Positions 12,901 through 25,841 of a DNA stretch of 64,000 nucleotides are shown in pieces (positions within the stretch are counted from its first letter, which is position 1; each line of letters starts with the position of its first letter). The stretch comes from Amoebophrya sp. A120 (lineage: Eukaryota; Protista; Dinoflagellata). Location: positions 3,220,158-3,284,157 of the forward strand of contig CAJINV010000013.1 of assembly GCA_905178155.1 (NCBI GenBank). Direction: 5' to 3'. The notes beneath the pieces were generated by a model. That model made no database searches, was not told the origin of the DNA, and was given only the letters and a program-made list of their open reading frames with translations. Made by a program: the position numbers and the translations under genes.

Positions 12901-14317
12901 GCCCATCGCGATCCCCAAGGAAGTCCTCCACATGGCGCGGCGGTCCAGCATCGCGACGCGAAAACTCGTCGACACCAGCTTCGAAACCATGCGGAACCAA
13001 AAATTGGAGTTCATCCAAAACGAGTACAAGCGCGGTCTCCGGTACGGACACAGGATGGGCGGCGGGCTGACGCCGTCTCCCTCCGAAGCGGCATATTCCG
13101 GCAGTTTTATCGGCGGTGGAGTTGGAGTACAAAATAACGCGAGCTTTTACAACCAGCCGGTAGGGGACCATTCCGGGAGTAATGCGAGCGAGCTGAACAA
13201 AAGCACGACTTCGACCGCAACGGGATCTACAACGGGGCGAAGTAAGTCGACGCTGTTCAAGAACATAACGCGGCGGGTGTCCACTTTGTTCGGCATTGGC
13301 GAGGAGAACGTGCAAACGCTACGGGCCTCGCAGGAAGAAAAAGCGCAGAAAAGTCTCGAGCAGAAAGCAGCCAGTACTTTAGGATTTGATTTTTTTATCC
13401 GCTAGCGAGAAACAAACTGTGCCATCGCGTTTACCGATGCAGAACGAAATGAGTATACGCTATTGTGACTTCTACAATTTTATCATCCAAAAGAAATACT
13501 ACTCAGGGCATAGTCAGCAAGGTGCTGTGCCTGGAAAGCGCTCCTCTAAGGGTCCGGACGTCGCAACACGGATGTCACAATATAACAATGTGGGTTTGCC
13601 ACCGGCCTCTACAGGCACGCCAGAGTTGCAAAGAGAGGGAAGGTATGAAAATTGCCTGCTGGTGCGTTTTGCTTTTGCATCTGCCCTGCGATCAGCATCA
13701 GCGGTTCCTGTGCTGCAAGGATAAATGAAATGCACCGAAGTAAAAAAATGAAAATGGAAATCAGTATCTTCATGAAGCCGACCCCCGCCGGACCGAAGGG
13801 CTCGACCAGTTTTTTCATGCAGCAAAACAGCCTGTCCATGGTGATTCCGCAGCACCAACTGACGAACGAAGGGAACCTTGCCTCCAGCCCGTCCACGGTT
13901 CTGCCCAACGGCGCCACCGTCGGAGCCAGTTCTCTCGCTGCCAAACTTCTGGAAGCCCGAGGCCAGGGAATAGGCGGCGCAGCAGGTAGTGGTGGGTCCT
14001 TGGCCACTGTGGTGCCGGTGTCAAGTTGTAGTCCGGAGCTGGAGCACAATTTTCCTTCTGCAGCAACTACTGGTGGTGGTGATCAAGTTTCTGGGGGAAA
14101 TAAAAAGCCAGTTTTGAAACGCGGTGCCACAAGCGGAAATGTTCCGACCGCGAACACTCCGGCGAAGGCCGTTCCGAGGAGGTTGAGCTACATTGGAGCT
14201 TTGGCCCCGGGACAGGAGCAGTCCCTAGCGAGCATGTTCGCGAAGCAGCACGTCCCGGAGACGATTCCCGAGGCGCTGCGGGAGTCAACGCAAAGTACGA
14301 AACTCACAGGGCATTGA
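9948..14317 (+). CDS. CAMK/CDPK-group Ser/Thr kinase with long low-complexity C-terminus (exons 9948-10240, 10382-10640, 10783-11141, 11327-11517, 11643-13373, 13507-13642, 13765-14317)
   Basis: GSGSFGQV, AVK, HRDVKAEN, DFG, CGSPHYLAPE, DLWALGV; all six introns GT-AG and phase-compatible. Confidence 0.9.
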
Positions 14318-15793
14318 AGGCGGTTGGGGGTACTCTTGTCCACAGGGTATAATTTGGGAGAATGTTTATTAATACTTCTAGCGTGCTTGTATGTTGTGCT
14401 TGTTTATGTTTCCACAACTAGAGGTAGAGCCGCTCGCACAGGAATAAGCTTCGTCGTCTAAGTCTGAGTTGAATATACCATATTTATAGCTCTAGAAGCT
14501 GAAAGTCACTTGTGAATTTGATCTGCTGTGTCGCAAAAAAAGTTTGTCTCGAGGAAATGCGAAACACCTAATACCTCTGCAAAAGATAAGTACTTCTTCA
14601 GAGAAATAGTCTTTCAATCTTTCTCTCAGGTGCTAGTAACTGCAAAAGTTGCTTCGAAAGTCGTTTCGAATTTCAAAACATTTACTACAGTAAAGCTTCC
14701 CGCTTCCAGTAGACTGATATTGAGATCTGAGTAACTATCAAAGACTGTTTCATGTACGCACCTACACTAAGCACGAAGAAATTGAAGTTCGTTTCTGTGA
14801 AACAATTGTAGTAGGTTGAAACTCTAACGATGATTGAGTGAATTTTGGTTTTCAAGCCTTCCCGCCTGTACGATAGATAGTGGTAGTTCACACCAGTATC
14901 CTACCAAGGACATCATGGAATTAAAGTAGTAGAAAAAATTTAAAGACTATCCTGCTTACAGTACAGAGACCTTGACTCGTTCCGCATGATCTGAGTAGCC
15001 GTGCTAGATAGATAATGTTGTATGCAGTTTTCCTAGCGGAGCGGGATTCAGTTGCTGGTGCAGCTGCGTTCTCTTCACAAGAGCTCGGTTCTCCTGATTG
15101 AGGGTAGAGCAACGGTTGACAAATCGGAAAAGGGGACGATCAGGATAGGAAAGAAATATGTCATTTCCTCTGGAGCTTCGGCATATGAAATAACAACGTG
15201 GCACTGGTACGACGTGACAAAGAGGTCTTCGGCCATCAAGCTCTGCTTCGAAAGGGTCTTCGCCTCCGTGGATTTTGTGTTTGGGTAAGCACCCTTTCGT
15301 CTTCGTAGTAATTTATTTCGATCAGATCTTGTCAAAGAAAATAGCTCATGAACAAGGTGTCAGTAGAAAAAAGCGATCATTTTTGCGTCAGCGGCAACAG
15401 AATCGTTCTCGTACCATTATCGTGGGCGAAAAGTAGAAACGACAAGGAAAACAAAAAGTCTCAATCGACTTCGGTCCCGGTTAAAGGTCAGGTTCGGTAG
15501 TCGTCGTTCTATACTACGCATATTAACAGACATCATCTTCGTGGTGGGCAACTGCCTTCGCTCCTGTCCCTGTGTCACCAAATAGTAAGCCATTCTTTTT
15601 TTTCACTCCTATTGAGGAGGATTTGATACCTCTTTCTGGGTCTGGTCAAGGACGACAAAATGTTTAAGATCTTGTAATAATGACTTATCCGCTATAACTG
15701 CTTTTAAAGACCGGCTGGCTGCAGAACAAAAAACTGTTTGTGTTTGTCTTGCATGATACTAGTTTCTACGACTCAGCCCGGATATTAAGTAAA

Positions 15794-18700
15794 ATGTTGG
15801 AACAGCTCCACTTGAAAACGGCCAAGATGGAAAAGAAAAACCAGGATTACTTGAACTATGACCCCGTCACCGGGGAGAATTTCCACTACGACCGCACCGG
15901 GATAAAACACCGCTACGTCATGACCGAGCCCTTGCCGAAGTCCGTTCACCGCGGAGTCACACTTTTCCACGCGAAGGCAATTTGTACTTCTTCTCATGCC
16001 GAAGAACAAGCCGGAGGAACAACTTCTTGTTCTACTTACAACAGGACGGCCACGTCGACCAGGACTACAACCACTTGCACTTCTTCTGAAGACCCGCTCG
16101 TCCTCGTCCCTGATCAAGAGGTAACCGTGAAAGTTCGAGCGAAAAAATCGTTCGCGACGAAAGATACGCACGACAGCTGGGTGGTGAATATGAACGCGTT
16201 TTTGTCGAAGCAGTACTACAGTCCCTACATTGCGCAAATCATCGAGATCATCTACGACGACGAAAATTACTACATGATCATGGAAAGAGTCAAAGGTGTC
16301 GACATGTGGACGTACCTGAACGGTATTTTGACCAACGCCGTTGCTGCACAGAACACGACGAGTAACATGAATCCAGATAAAAATCCAAATATCAACATAA
16401 CTACTGGTGCAGCAACAATCACGGGCGGCTGCACCAACAGCACTACAACTTCCTCCAATCAACATCTCCACATCCGGACCAGCTACTTGGAAGAGATCAA
16501 ATACTATTTGCTCCAAGCGTCGCTCGCGTTGCGGGATTTGTACGAGCAGGGATTTTACCACAAGGATGTGAAGATGGAAAACATGGTGATTGCGAATTTC
16601 GAGATGACAACAGTGGATCTTCTGCAGCAGAATGTTAATATCATGCAGAATTCGACGTCCATTATTAACTCGAAACCCCGCCTGAAGCTGATCGACTTTG
16701 ACACGTGCGAATGCGTCGAGAACTGTTTCGAACCCTACTGGGTTCTCGGAACCGACCACTACATCGCGCCGGAGGTGTATGGAAGTGCCAGAATCGAAAT
16801 CGACAAAATCGAAAAATTTGCGATGCACAAAATCGATGTCAGTTGGAGCCTCAGTTTCCAAGTGGCGCATGACAAATTTCGGGGGAACCCACATCCAGTC
16901 CTCTGTCATGCTGTTTGGGCAAAGAAGACTGCTCCTCCTGTCATGCTACTCTGGCAGCACATTGCATACCCCTAAACAGGCTTGCAATCGGCCTCATTTG
17001 CCTGCTCCCCAATACAGGCCTTCAGTGCCCTACATTTTATGCATCACAAATTTTTTGATTTTATCGATTTCGATCCTGACACACCCATAAGGTGTACCGT
17101 GGGTTCTACTCGAATGCTTCGGAAGTCTTGTCCATCGGCACGATATTGTACCGCTTGCTGCTGAACCAACTCCCCTTCCCAAGGTCGATTTACAGCGAGG
17201 AGAAGCCGGGGGACAATTTTGTCAACTCGGACAAAGGGAAGAGGATCAGCGCGAAAATGAGGAAGTTTTTACTGTACGACGAGTTTCTCGGGAACGGGGA
17301 GACGAAAATTTCGCAGAAGTACGGAGGAATTTGTCTCAAGTTCCTCCGAAAGTGTCTCGCGGTGGAGAAATTTGTGAACGCGACGGAGCAGAGACAGGCG
17401 CGGAACAAGTGGACGCGGTTGAGCATTTTGCAACTTCCGGAAGAGTATCAAATGTAAAAATGTCTGGGTCTGGAAGAATGCATGTTTGTCATGCTTGTCT
17501 GGCATGACTCTTAAATCTGTCATGCACGTTGCCCAAGAGCTCCATTTTTCTGTGATGCAAGAACGCAGTTTGTCATGCAGAATAGGCAACACCTAGAAGC
17601 TCAGAATCTTGTCATGCTGAGCCAGCATTTGTGGCCTCATCATGAGACGCCACCCAGCATCACAAGTTTCCAGACCCAGACACTTTTACATTTGATAAAG
17701 AGGAGTTTTTCGATTCCGTGCGAAATAGCGTCGTCGCGGACTACTTGCGGGATTGGAAGGGGGATTTTGAAAAGGCAGCGTTCCAGAAGCGGTTTACGTA
17801 TCATTTCGACAAGACCGACGTGTGTGCGAGGGGGAAACTGACGGTGCGGGTCGGGGAGGGTGTGTACCCGGCGTGTATAAACGCGGACAAGGGGAGTGTA
17901 CTTATCTATTGATAATGGCTTTGTGTGTTTGAGATATGCTAGTAACACCAGGTTCTGATCATGATGAAGATAACACTTTAACACAATCGACGCATGACGA
18001 AAGCCAATAAAAAAACGAAATCTTCAATCCATTGCAGGACCTGAAACCCGTGGTGCTAAAATCGATTCTGCAGCAAGAAGCACCGGGTAGCTCTTGGATG
18101 CCAGGTGGTGGAGGCCTGCATCAAGACAGAGGACGAGATCATGATAAAAGAGAAAGCAGTCGCTGGAACAGCGCGAACAATGAGTACTTTACCAAATCCG
18201 GTGTGCCCCTTCTACACGGGTACGAAGACATTCATGATGTTCCAGCCCACCACGACGACCGCGGTGACCGCAGAAGTAGTTCTTTCCACAACAGGAGGAT
18301 TTCATCTTCTGACGCGTCGTCTGGTTGCTACAAGGAGCAGCTGCTACTGCATTTCCCACCACGCGTGAGCGGGGCCGGGACCACAAATGATAAGCACAGG
18401 AGGTCGAAACAAGAAATAGACAACCGCGCGAACACTAAAGCTACAATAGAAACAGATTTGACGATGACCACAAATGACGGTGGAAGGCCATCGTTTGACG
18501 ATTTCGATTTCGACCACAGTAGGAGTCGGATCTCGACGAAGACAAGGACGACGAAAGTAGCGGGCTTTGACGAGGATGATCGCGACGTGGTTTTTGCGCG
18601 AAATTACAACGAACATCTTCACGTAGACCAAGTAAAATACCAATCCTCCCCGTGCTCCACGTCGCAACAAGACGAAATTACTTTTGACGAAGACGAATTT

Positions 18701-19540
18701 TTCTACGCCAATAACATCAACGCATGGAATAATCAGCAGGAGGATCGGCATCGTTCTTTCAACAGCAACAACGTGCCCTGCTTTCCCCCACCACCTGCTC
18801 CGATGCAACCACAGCACGGCGGAGCTCCTTCTTGGAACAACGCCGCGGCGGTTTTACCCCCTACGTTCCAAGAACTGGGGGCACAACTTCACCAAACTCC
18901 CGGAGCAAGAAGGGAAAATGCGGCGGCAGAACAACTCGATAACATTTTTGACTCCGCCATGCAGAGTCTGAGTTGCAGACAAGAACACAATAATCATGAT
19001 GCAGAACGGCAACACCAGCAAGAACAGTCGCAGTTCTACTACGATCAGGTTCTGACCTGCAATGTGAATGGGCCACCAGTTAGCGAGCTGACCGCGGGTT
19101 TGGTGTTTTCCCATAAGAAAAGCGGGAAGAACAAAGACAACTCTACCTGTGGCACCACGACGAGCAAGGGGTTTTATACGATGAACCTCCCCCACAGCTA
19201 CACAGCGAACAGCATTTCGACGCCGAACAAGGGGAAGTACAGTGCAAAGAAGGGCGGAAAGAATAAAGGAAAGGGGAAGGGAGGAAAACCTCACTGGAAA
19301 AAGAAACAGTACTATCATCAGAACAACAGTTTTCATCACAATTTTTACCAGGGCAGCGGACAAAACAACAGCTACAGTCACAAGAAAGGAGCATCAGCGG
19401 ATTATTTCTTCGGTTCGAAGGCCGCGGGTAATATCGAAGGAAAGATCTTACGCGGCGAGGAACAAACCTTCAAATCGAGTCCTTGCCCGAGGATCTTCGG
19501 GACAAATGATGATGACTACAAATGCGTGGCGGCTGCGTGA
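15794..19540 (+). CDS. Divergent CAMK-like kinase with DFD motif (exons ~15794-16774, 17092-17444, 17702-17897, 18038-19540), interrupted by two introners
   Basis: HKDVKMEN, LKLIDFD, GTDHYIAPEVY|RGFYSNASEVLSIGTILY after element removal. Confidence 0.8.
16778..17089. mobile_element. TIR introner (TATGG...CCATA), 312 bp, TSD AGGTG
   Basis: ~55-bp imperfect inverted repeats (gaatcgaaatcgacaaaatcgaaaaatttg / caaattttttgattttatcgatttcgatc). AGGTG at 16773-16777 and 17090-17094. Removal restores APEVYRG. Confidence 0.92.
17446..17697. mobile_element. TIR introner family A (TATCAAATGTAAAAATGTCTGGGTCTGGAA), 252 bp, TSD AAGAG
   Basis: 30-bp TIR with 1 mismatch. AAGAG at 17441-17445 and 17698-17702. 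Removal restores LPEEEFFDSV; no local in-frame GT-AG pair found. Confidence 0.93.
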
Positions 19541-20627
19541 GGGGGTAGGAGTTCTTTCGAACTTCGCGAAAAACTAGAATGGTATCTACTTGAATCCTTT
19601 TCTAATGCAAGACTTTTTGGAAAATTGATTGTCTTTATCCTTGACGCCGTTACGTAAACAGATTTTCTTTCTTGCAAAGCTAAATCTGTATTGTCATGAT
19701 AGATTGTATACAATTCAGTAACTTTTTTTTACGACGCGCGTAAATGTCCTGACGCGCGTCCATCTATATCCGTCAAAACTGTAAAAATTAAGCTAGCCTG
19801 ATCGTGTCTCGTTTCAGCAATCGAAGAAAATTGAATTAGTAAGTTGTTATACACGACATTGCTCTTGTATCTAGATCTTTTGTGTATAGTTTCCAAGAAG
19901 AAGATATTGAGAACATTTTTTCAGAGTCGGACAACCGACGTTTTCTACTGTACACATGTTTGTCATCAGCTTTATCCAGTGTGTCAGGAGCAGCACACCA
20001 TTGTAAAAATTTCACTACGTAATGGTAAAAATCGTTTTTTTGTACATCTTCTCTTGCAGGATTGAAGCTGTCTTTTGCTGTTTTTGTAAAAAGCAAGATC
20101 TTTCTTGTTGAACATAAAGAATTTAACTTTATTTGTACCTTCTTGGCGATTCTTGATACCATCATACATCTCCTACTCTCTTGTCTGTGAGTGTGACTCT
20201 CTCAACACCCAGCAGCTACTGTTCTGTTCTGCTTTTTTTCCTGCGTTTGTCGGCGTGTTTTTTTTTTTGCGGAGTCGGTGTTTTTTCTTGGGATTGGTTG
20301 CTGCTCGCTTTAGTTTTTCTACCTGGTGGGCTAGGGATAATCAACCAAAAGCGCCGCATGGTGCATGTTGACCAGAGTCTGCAAAAGGACAAAGCTGCGT
20401 CGAGCCCGAGTGAGGTCGCAAACAAGGCACTAGATGACGTCACGACTTGCACTTCTTCTCCGCTTGTTTACGCTCTTTTCACACAGCGCAGAATATTAAA
20501 GAAGCCCAAGTCTTGATTTTTGATTGTGACGCGTGATGAAGTTTTATTTACCTGTACGTGTACAGCCGCTTCCTCAGCGAACGAAATCACGGTAGCGTTA
20601 TTTGCTCGATTCGAACGGTTAGAAAAA

Positions 20628-22544
20628 ATGGTAATGGTTGGTTCCCGCAGCTTCTCACCACGACACACAGCTTGTGCGAGTCGAAGAGCAACGCCAGTTC
20701 TCCCCGCAGCTTTCATCCTCCTTCTCTACGCTCTCCCCCTGCAAGCCCAGTTCCAGCACCTCCCTGTCCCGGAAGAACTTGAAGAGCTCGCCCTAAATTC
20801 CACCGAAGCGGAGGAGGTTTTCGAGGGGAAGCGGAAATACCTGCCGAAGTCCTACTTTCCGTACGATTTGGAGCAGTACGCCAACGAGGCGATGCTGACC
20901 TGGGTCAACCAGTACAGGAACCGGTACAACGAAACCCGGTACATCGAGCAGGTGAACAATTACCTGGATTCGATTAGCGACAAAATGCTGTTCTTGACGA
21001 AGAAAGTGCAGGGAAAAAACTTCCCGGATCCAGCCTTCGACCGGTGCAGGATGCTGTTGCAATCGGATTTTTCTTCCAAATTCCCAAAGAGCTGGACGAG
21101 CACAACCACGACCACGGCGGTGGCACTACTTCATGTAGTAGCGACAACTTCGCACCAGCAGGAGCAACAGCAATTGGCCGAACAAGAGGAATATCAAGAT
21201 CCATTGCGAACCGAGATAACAAGCAGTGAAAACGCAACGGCAGCGATGAAGAATGGTGGACAGAATCAAGCACCTGGATCAACATCATTTTCATCTGCTT
21301 CGTCGAGGGTTTTCCACACCGCAGCTCTCGTTTTCAATTTGATCCGAGGTTTTCTCGGCGTTTTCATCTCGGTTTCGTCGACGTTAGTGTCCTTCTTGAC
21401 GTCATTTGTCCTGGAAGTAGAGTCCCCTTCAACTACGTCGACCCAAAACTCGACCACGACGAGGGGAAACAATCTCGACCTCCAAGGCCAAACCCCGGTG
21501 CTCGAAGCTGCGTCGCTCTCCGCGTTCCAAACGGAGCAGGACGAGATTGAGTGGTGTAGAAGATACGTCCGGGAAAAGAACAACCCGAAGTCGCCGAGAC
21601 CGCTGCAAACGCCAAATTTGCGGGGCAGTAAACGGACGATGCGACGGACGACGTTGAACGAAACCGTTTCGGTCTCGCTGTTTTTCCTGTGCGGGTTGTT
21701 GGTGTGGCTGTGGGTGTTTTGCTGCACGACATACTTTACCAAAGTGCCGGTGCACGCGCTGAAGAAAAAAGTGGGCGAGAAGAGCAGCAGTGGGATAACT
21801 ACATCATCATCGTCGAGCAGTAAAAACGGTGATCATCGAGACAGAGTAACAAGTAGAGGAGGCGCTGTGAAGATGAAAGCAGGGACAGGGTCCTCGTCGA
21901 AAAGTAGAGGCGGCGGGAACAATTCGTCTGGAATATTAAGCGGTCCTCCACCGGTACGACCCCGGATTCTCACGAACGCAGATCAACAGAGGACAGCCGC
22001 AGGAGCAGGGATTTCAACCACAACGTCTGCGGTAGTTCTGCCACCCCCACGACCCGCCGTAATAAATTCGTCAAGTAGCAGCAGCACCAGTGTCGTTATC
22101 TCGTTGCAAGAACAGGAAGATGATGAACACAACAGGCGGGTCGAGAACACAGACTCCTTGTTGGCAACTCCGAGCGCTGCATCTTCAAGACGAGCGATAA
22201 ACGAGGTTGTTTTGAGTACTTCTACCAACCTCGTCCACCCCGGGAGAACCGCGATCGCATCCTCTTTCTCCGCTTCTAACAACATGAGTAGAAATAGCAA
22301 TGAGAAAAAAACCAAGACTGCAAACTACACCACGACTGCACCTCTCTCTTCTACGACTTTTTCCGACAGCTTGTTTGAGGCGGTGGACGAGGATGACGAA
22401 TTCGAAGCTGACCAATTTGACGACGAGGACATGAGCGCGACGGCTTCGCTACTTCTACAGCAGGATATCCTGTCCGATGACGACGAGCTCGAGAGTCCGT
22501 CGGTCTACTCGCAGCGTCGGGGACGGGTGGTGATTGAAGACTAG
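20628..22544 (+). CDS. Hypothetical secreted/membrane protein with Ser-rich tail
   Basis: Single long ORF; signal-like PAAFILLLYALPLQAQ; TM-like VSLFFLCGLLVWLWVFCC. Confidence 0.65.
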   Translation: MVMVGSRSFSPRHTACASRRATPVLPAAFILLLYALPLQAQFQHLPVPEELEELALNSTEAEEVFEGKRKYLPKSYFPYDLEQYANEAMLTWVNQYRNRYNETRYIEQVNNYLDSISDKMLFLTKKVQGKNFPDPAFDRCRMLLQSDFSSKFPKSWTSTTTTTAVALLHVVATTSHQQEQQQLAEQEEYQDPLRTEITSSENATAAMKNGGQNQAPGSTSFSSASSRVFHTAALVFNLIRGFLGVFISVSSTLVSFLTSFVLEVESPSTTSTQNSTTTRGNNLDLQGQTPVLEAASLSAFQTEQDEIEWCRRYVREKNNPKSPRPLQTPNLRGSKRTMRRTTLNETVSVSLFFLCGLLVWLWVFCCTTYFTKVPVHALKKKVGEKSSSGITTSSSSSSKNGDHRDRVTSRGGAVKMKAGTGSSSKSRGGGNNSSGILSGPPPVRPRILTNADQQRTAAGAGISTTTSAVVLPPPRPAVINSSSSSSTSVVISLQEQEDDEHNRRVENTDSLLATPSAASSRRAINEVVLSTSTNLVHPGRTAIASSFSASNNMSRNSNEKKTKTANYTTTAPLSSTTFSDSLFEAVDEDDEFEADQFDDEDMSATASLLLQQDILSDDDELESPSVYSQRRGRVVIED

Positions 22545-23235
22545 ATATGGATCGAGATTAGGTACATGTTTAAAAAGAGCAGGTATGATCAGAAAATACG
22601 AATGTACAATGTATGTAGTCATTTGGAATCTCTAATGTTTGAATTGATGAAAGAGAAAGACAAAGACTGTAGTTGAGTCGTTGTTGACTTCAGCAAAACG
22701 ATTGGACGTGTAGAATAGGGAGGTACAATCGACTTGCTGAAGATTTGTTTCATCATCTTTTTCGCAGCTCACGACCGTTCCGAAAGTTCTTGAGCTGTGA
22801 GCTCTTGACTAAGTATGCGGACGAGCTTACTTTGTGTTTGTCTGTTCGCTCGTTCAGCAGATCAGTACAGCGTCCTCTTTTGCTGCTGGAGCGCAACATC
22901 CGAGGCCGGTGCAGATCTGTTTTGTTTGAGGAAGTGCCGATCTCTTTTGGTTTTGCTGTTCTCCTTTTTTGAATTTTCTTGAATTTCCAATCGCATAGAT
23001 ACAGTGCGATCTCGTCCAGTATGTGCACTTTCGCCGACGGGTTTTTTTTGCAGGTCATGTTGCTTCTGATCGAGAAATTTTTCCAGGCGAAGCTAACCCA
23101 GATGCCCGAGGTCGCGTCGATGAGAAAATTGCGCTCGAGTCCAAGATCGATCATCCAACTCCCCACTTGGGGAACAAAAATGCACGATCAAACATTCATG
23201 CATAAGTTATTGAAACGCCACGATAAAGCACCAAT

Positions 23236-24591
23236 ATGACGTCTTCTGCGCAGCAGCATGACCAACAGCACAACCACGATCCGCCCATCATTCACGGCCC
23301 CAACACGACCATGTCTCACCAAAACCAACACCAGCAGCACAACAACTACCAGAATCTCCGCGAGGTCGGCACCGACGCGCACTGGACGCTTTCCTCCGCA
23401 AAGCCAGGCAACGGGCTCCAGCAACTCCGCGACGACAAAGTCGACACGTTTTGGCAGTCCGACGGGTTTTTGCCCCATTTGATCGACTTGAAATTTTCGA
23501 AAAAGACCAAAATCTCCGAGATCTACTTCTACCTCTCATTCCGGGAAGATGAGAGCTACACACCCGCGAGTTTGTCGGTTCGGATCGGCAACAGCAGCGA
23601 AGATCTGGAAGAAGTGCAGGCCTTTGATTTGAAGGAGCCCGAGGGCTGGATACGGCTGCCGCTGGTGTGTAGGAGGGAGAGAAGTAGAAACATTGCTGGA
23701 TCTATTTCGGGGGTGACAGAAGCGAGGCTCGTTGCGGGTGGAGGTGGGGGCGCTGCTGCATCCGGTTCATCTTCTTCCGGTGGAGGGGAAGGAATTGCGG
23801 CAGCTAGTGGGCAGGCAGGTGGAGGAGCAAGTGGTTCGGGTGACATTGGAACAAGTGCTGGAGCATCAACGACAACTGGTCGTGGAGCAGCTGCTGGATC
23901 TTCATCTGGCGACGCGTCGGCAGGAGCTTCGAGCGCAAACCCAGCCGTCGAGGACCAGGCGAATGCAAGCAATCCTAATTATGCAGGAGGCGCTCCTCCC
24001 GCAGCTGCAGGCTCAGCAGCTCCGGCTGCAGCCCCCTCAGATGCGAATACTGACTACAATTTTCTGACTGGCGAAGACCCAGCACCTTCAAGTATCATGG
24101 ACCACCCGCAGCTCCAATCCGCTATGGTGCAACCACGCTATTTTTCCAGCCCCACCGGTGGAACGCGCATGGTGAACAGTGCGAATGATCTGCTACTACT
24201 GAACAGCATGGGAGGAGGACATGAAGGCGGATCTTTTGCGGGTGTTGACCTGGACGAGTTTGACGAATTTGATGACGACGAGGAGGACTTCGTGCGCGCG
24301 TTTCATTTGCAAATCGCGCTGCTCTCGAACCACCAGAATGGGCGGGATACGCACGTCAGGCAGATCAAGGTCTATGGACCACAGCAGTTGGCCTTGGGGA
24401 TGGAAAAAATGCCGCGCAGCGGGGGTGGTGGGCTTTCTTACGCAAATGGCGCAGCGCAGCAACATAGCGAAAATGCGGCAACTATAAATCCTTGCTTGAA
24501 GGGGAAGACCGCTGCGAGTTTGATTCATGGCAGCAACAGCTGGATAGCACCACACACGGTTGATATGCTACAGTATGCTACTATTCGGTAA
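23236..24591 (+). CDS. APC10: Anaphase-promoting complex subunit 10 (APC10/DOC1) with a large low-complexity insertion
   Basis: WTLSSAKPGNG...TFWQSDG.LPH...DESYTP...EPEGW and LQIA..SNHQNGRDTHVRQIKVYGP. Confidence 0.93.
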   Translation: MTSSAQQHDQQHNHDPPIIHGPNTTMSHQNQHQQHNNYQNLREVGTDAHWTLSSAKPGNGLQQLRDDKVDTFWQSDGFLPHLIDLKFSKKTKISEIYFYLSFREDESYTPASLSVRIGNSSEDLEEVQAFDLKEPEGWIRLPLVCRRERSRNIAGSISGVTEARLVAGGGGGAAASGSSSSGGGEGIAAASGQAGGGASGSGDIGTSAGASTTTGRGAAAGSSSGDASAGASSANPAVEDQANASNPNYAGGAPPAAAGSAAPAAAPSDANTDYNFLTGEDPAPSSIMDHPQLQSAMVQPRYFSSPTGGTRMVNSANDLLLLNSMGGGHEGGSFAGVDLDEFDEFDDDEEDFVRAFHLQIALLSNHQNGRDTHVRQIKVYGPQQLALGMEKMPRSGGGGLSYANGAAQQHSENAATINPCLKGKTAASLIHGSNSWIAPHTVDMLQYATIR

Positions 24592-25841
24592 TCAAAGTGA
24601 AGATGGGATAGTTAGTAACGCGATAATCGAAAAAGAAAAACACTAAACCAATAGCAAAACTTTCCCGAGTTCGGCGGGCGGCTTCGATCTAGTACGTAAG
24701 CAGAAAAGATGAAGGAGCACATCCACTTTGATCCATTTTGACTAGAGAATGAGGATGTGGCTGGTATGCCGCAGTCGGTCAATGATCAAGTTCGGTTTCT
24801 TGAAGAGAAGCACGATCACAGAGTGTTTTTGAACTGAATTTGCAGCAGATGCAGATGGTTGAGTGAAGACAAGAAGCTGTGCATTGAAACGCCGGCCCGG
24901 TAACAACCGGAAGGCAAAAACAAGCATAAGCAAGGGTGAGCGATAGTTTGTTTGGAGCTGAGAGTTGGATTTCGGGAAGCGAGTAAGCACCAACAAGTAG
25001 AAGAAGGCTCTTCAGTTTGGAGAGAATATGAATATGCACCTACTGCTGCAGTACTAGCGAATAGTGAAAAGTAGGTCCTCTTTGAGAGGGTTGTTTCCCG
25101 TCACAACTTCCTCCAGTGCTCATAACTGACATGTGAGTTTCATCAAGTTTTTAGATATACCAAAAATCCCTTGAGTTGAGCGGCTCAGTTTTCTGTTGCG
25201 AGCAGTCTCGCAACAGAAACTTCGGAGTTTGCGTGATTGGCCTGCTTGTGGAAAACTCACAGCAGCTTTGCTGTGATTTCACATGCTACCAGCAACTCCA
25301 GCCGTGTGACCTGGTAGTGACAGCATGCACAACATTAAAGAGCATTCGATGCAAGATATTCTTTTAGTCTGTAAGCTAAAAAACAAATAATTTTGTGGGT
25401 AAGAATTAGCTGCTATAGTAGTGTAGCCTTCATACGGCTTCGCCTCGCGCCTCAGCAGAACTGAAGACTTATCTTCGGTATACATAACCAAAACGAAAAA
25501 CCCGTTTTGGGGCGTTTCGTAAGAAGAAATGCAACTTCCTTGATATCATGATGACTGTCTCAAAAATGCTACAACTGTGTGCAAGGAGGTGTCCGTGTCG
25601 GACTGCTGCTGGTCTTCATCTGGTGTCGGGCGAAGGGTTGCGAATGTGATGCCCCGCTTCTGCTGAAGTGGACGAGAATCGTTCGTATCGAAGCGTCAAA
25701 AAACTATTGTTGCGCAGACAACCACAGTTGCCGTACCTCGACGAAGATCAAGCTGAAAGTCGTCCTCTGCTGTACCACGACTCGAACTTCGACTTTTTCA
25801 CGCACTTCTAGTACTGCGCGACCTGGAGAAGAACCGCCAGT

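Noticed and set aside
12395-13315. Long minus-strand ORFs (also 15785-16909, 37674-38606, 51051-51909)
   Set aside because: Antisense shadows of codon-biased plus-strand exons.
15052-15288. Exon-like ORF ending at G|GTAAG
   Set aside because: No recognisable domain and no in-frame partner exon could be established.
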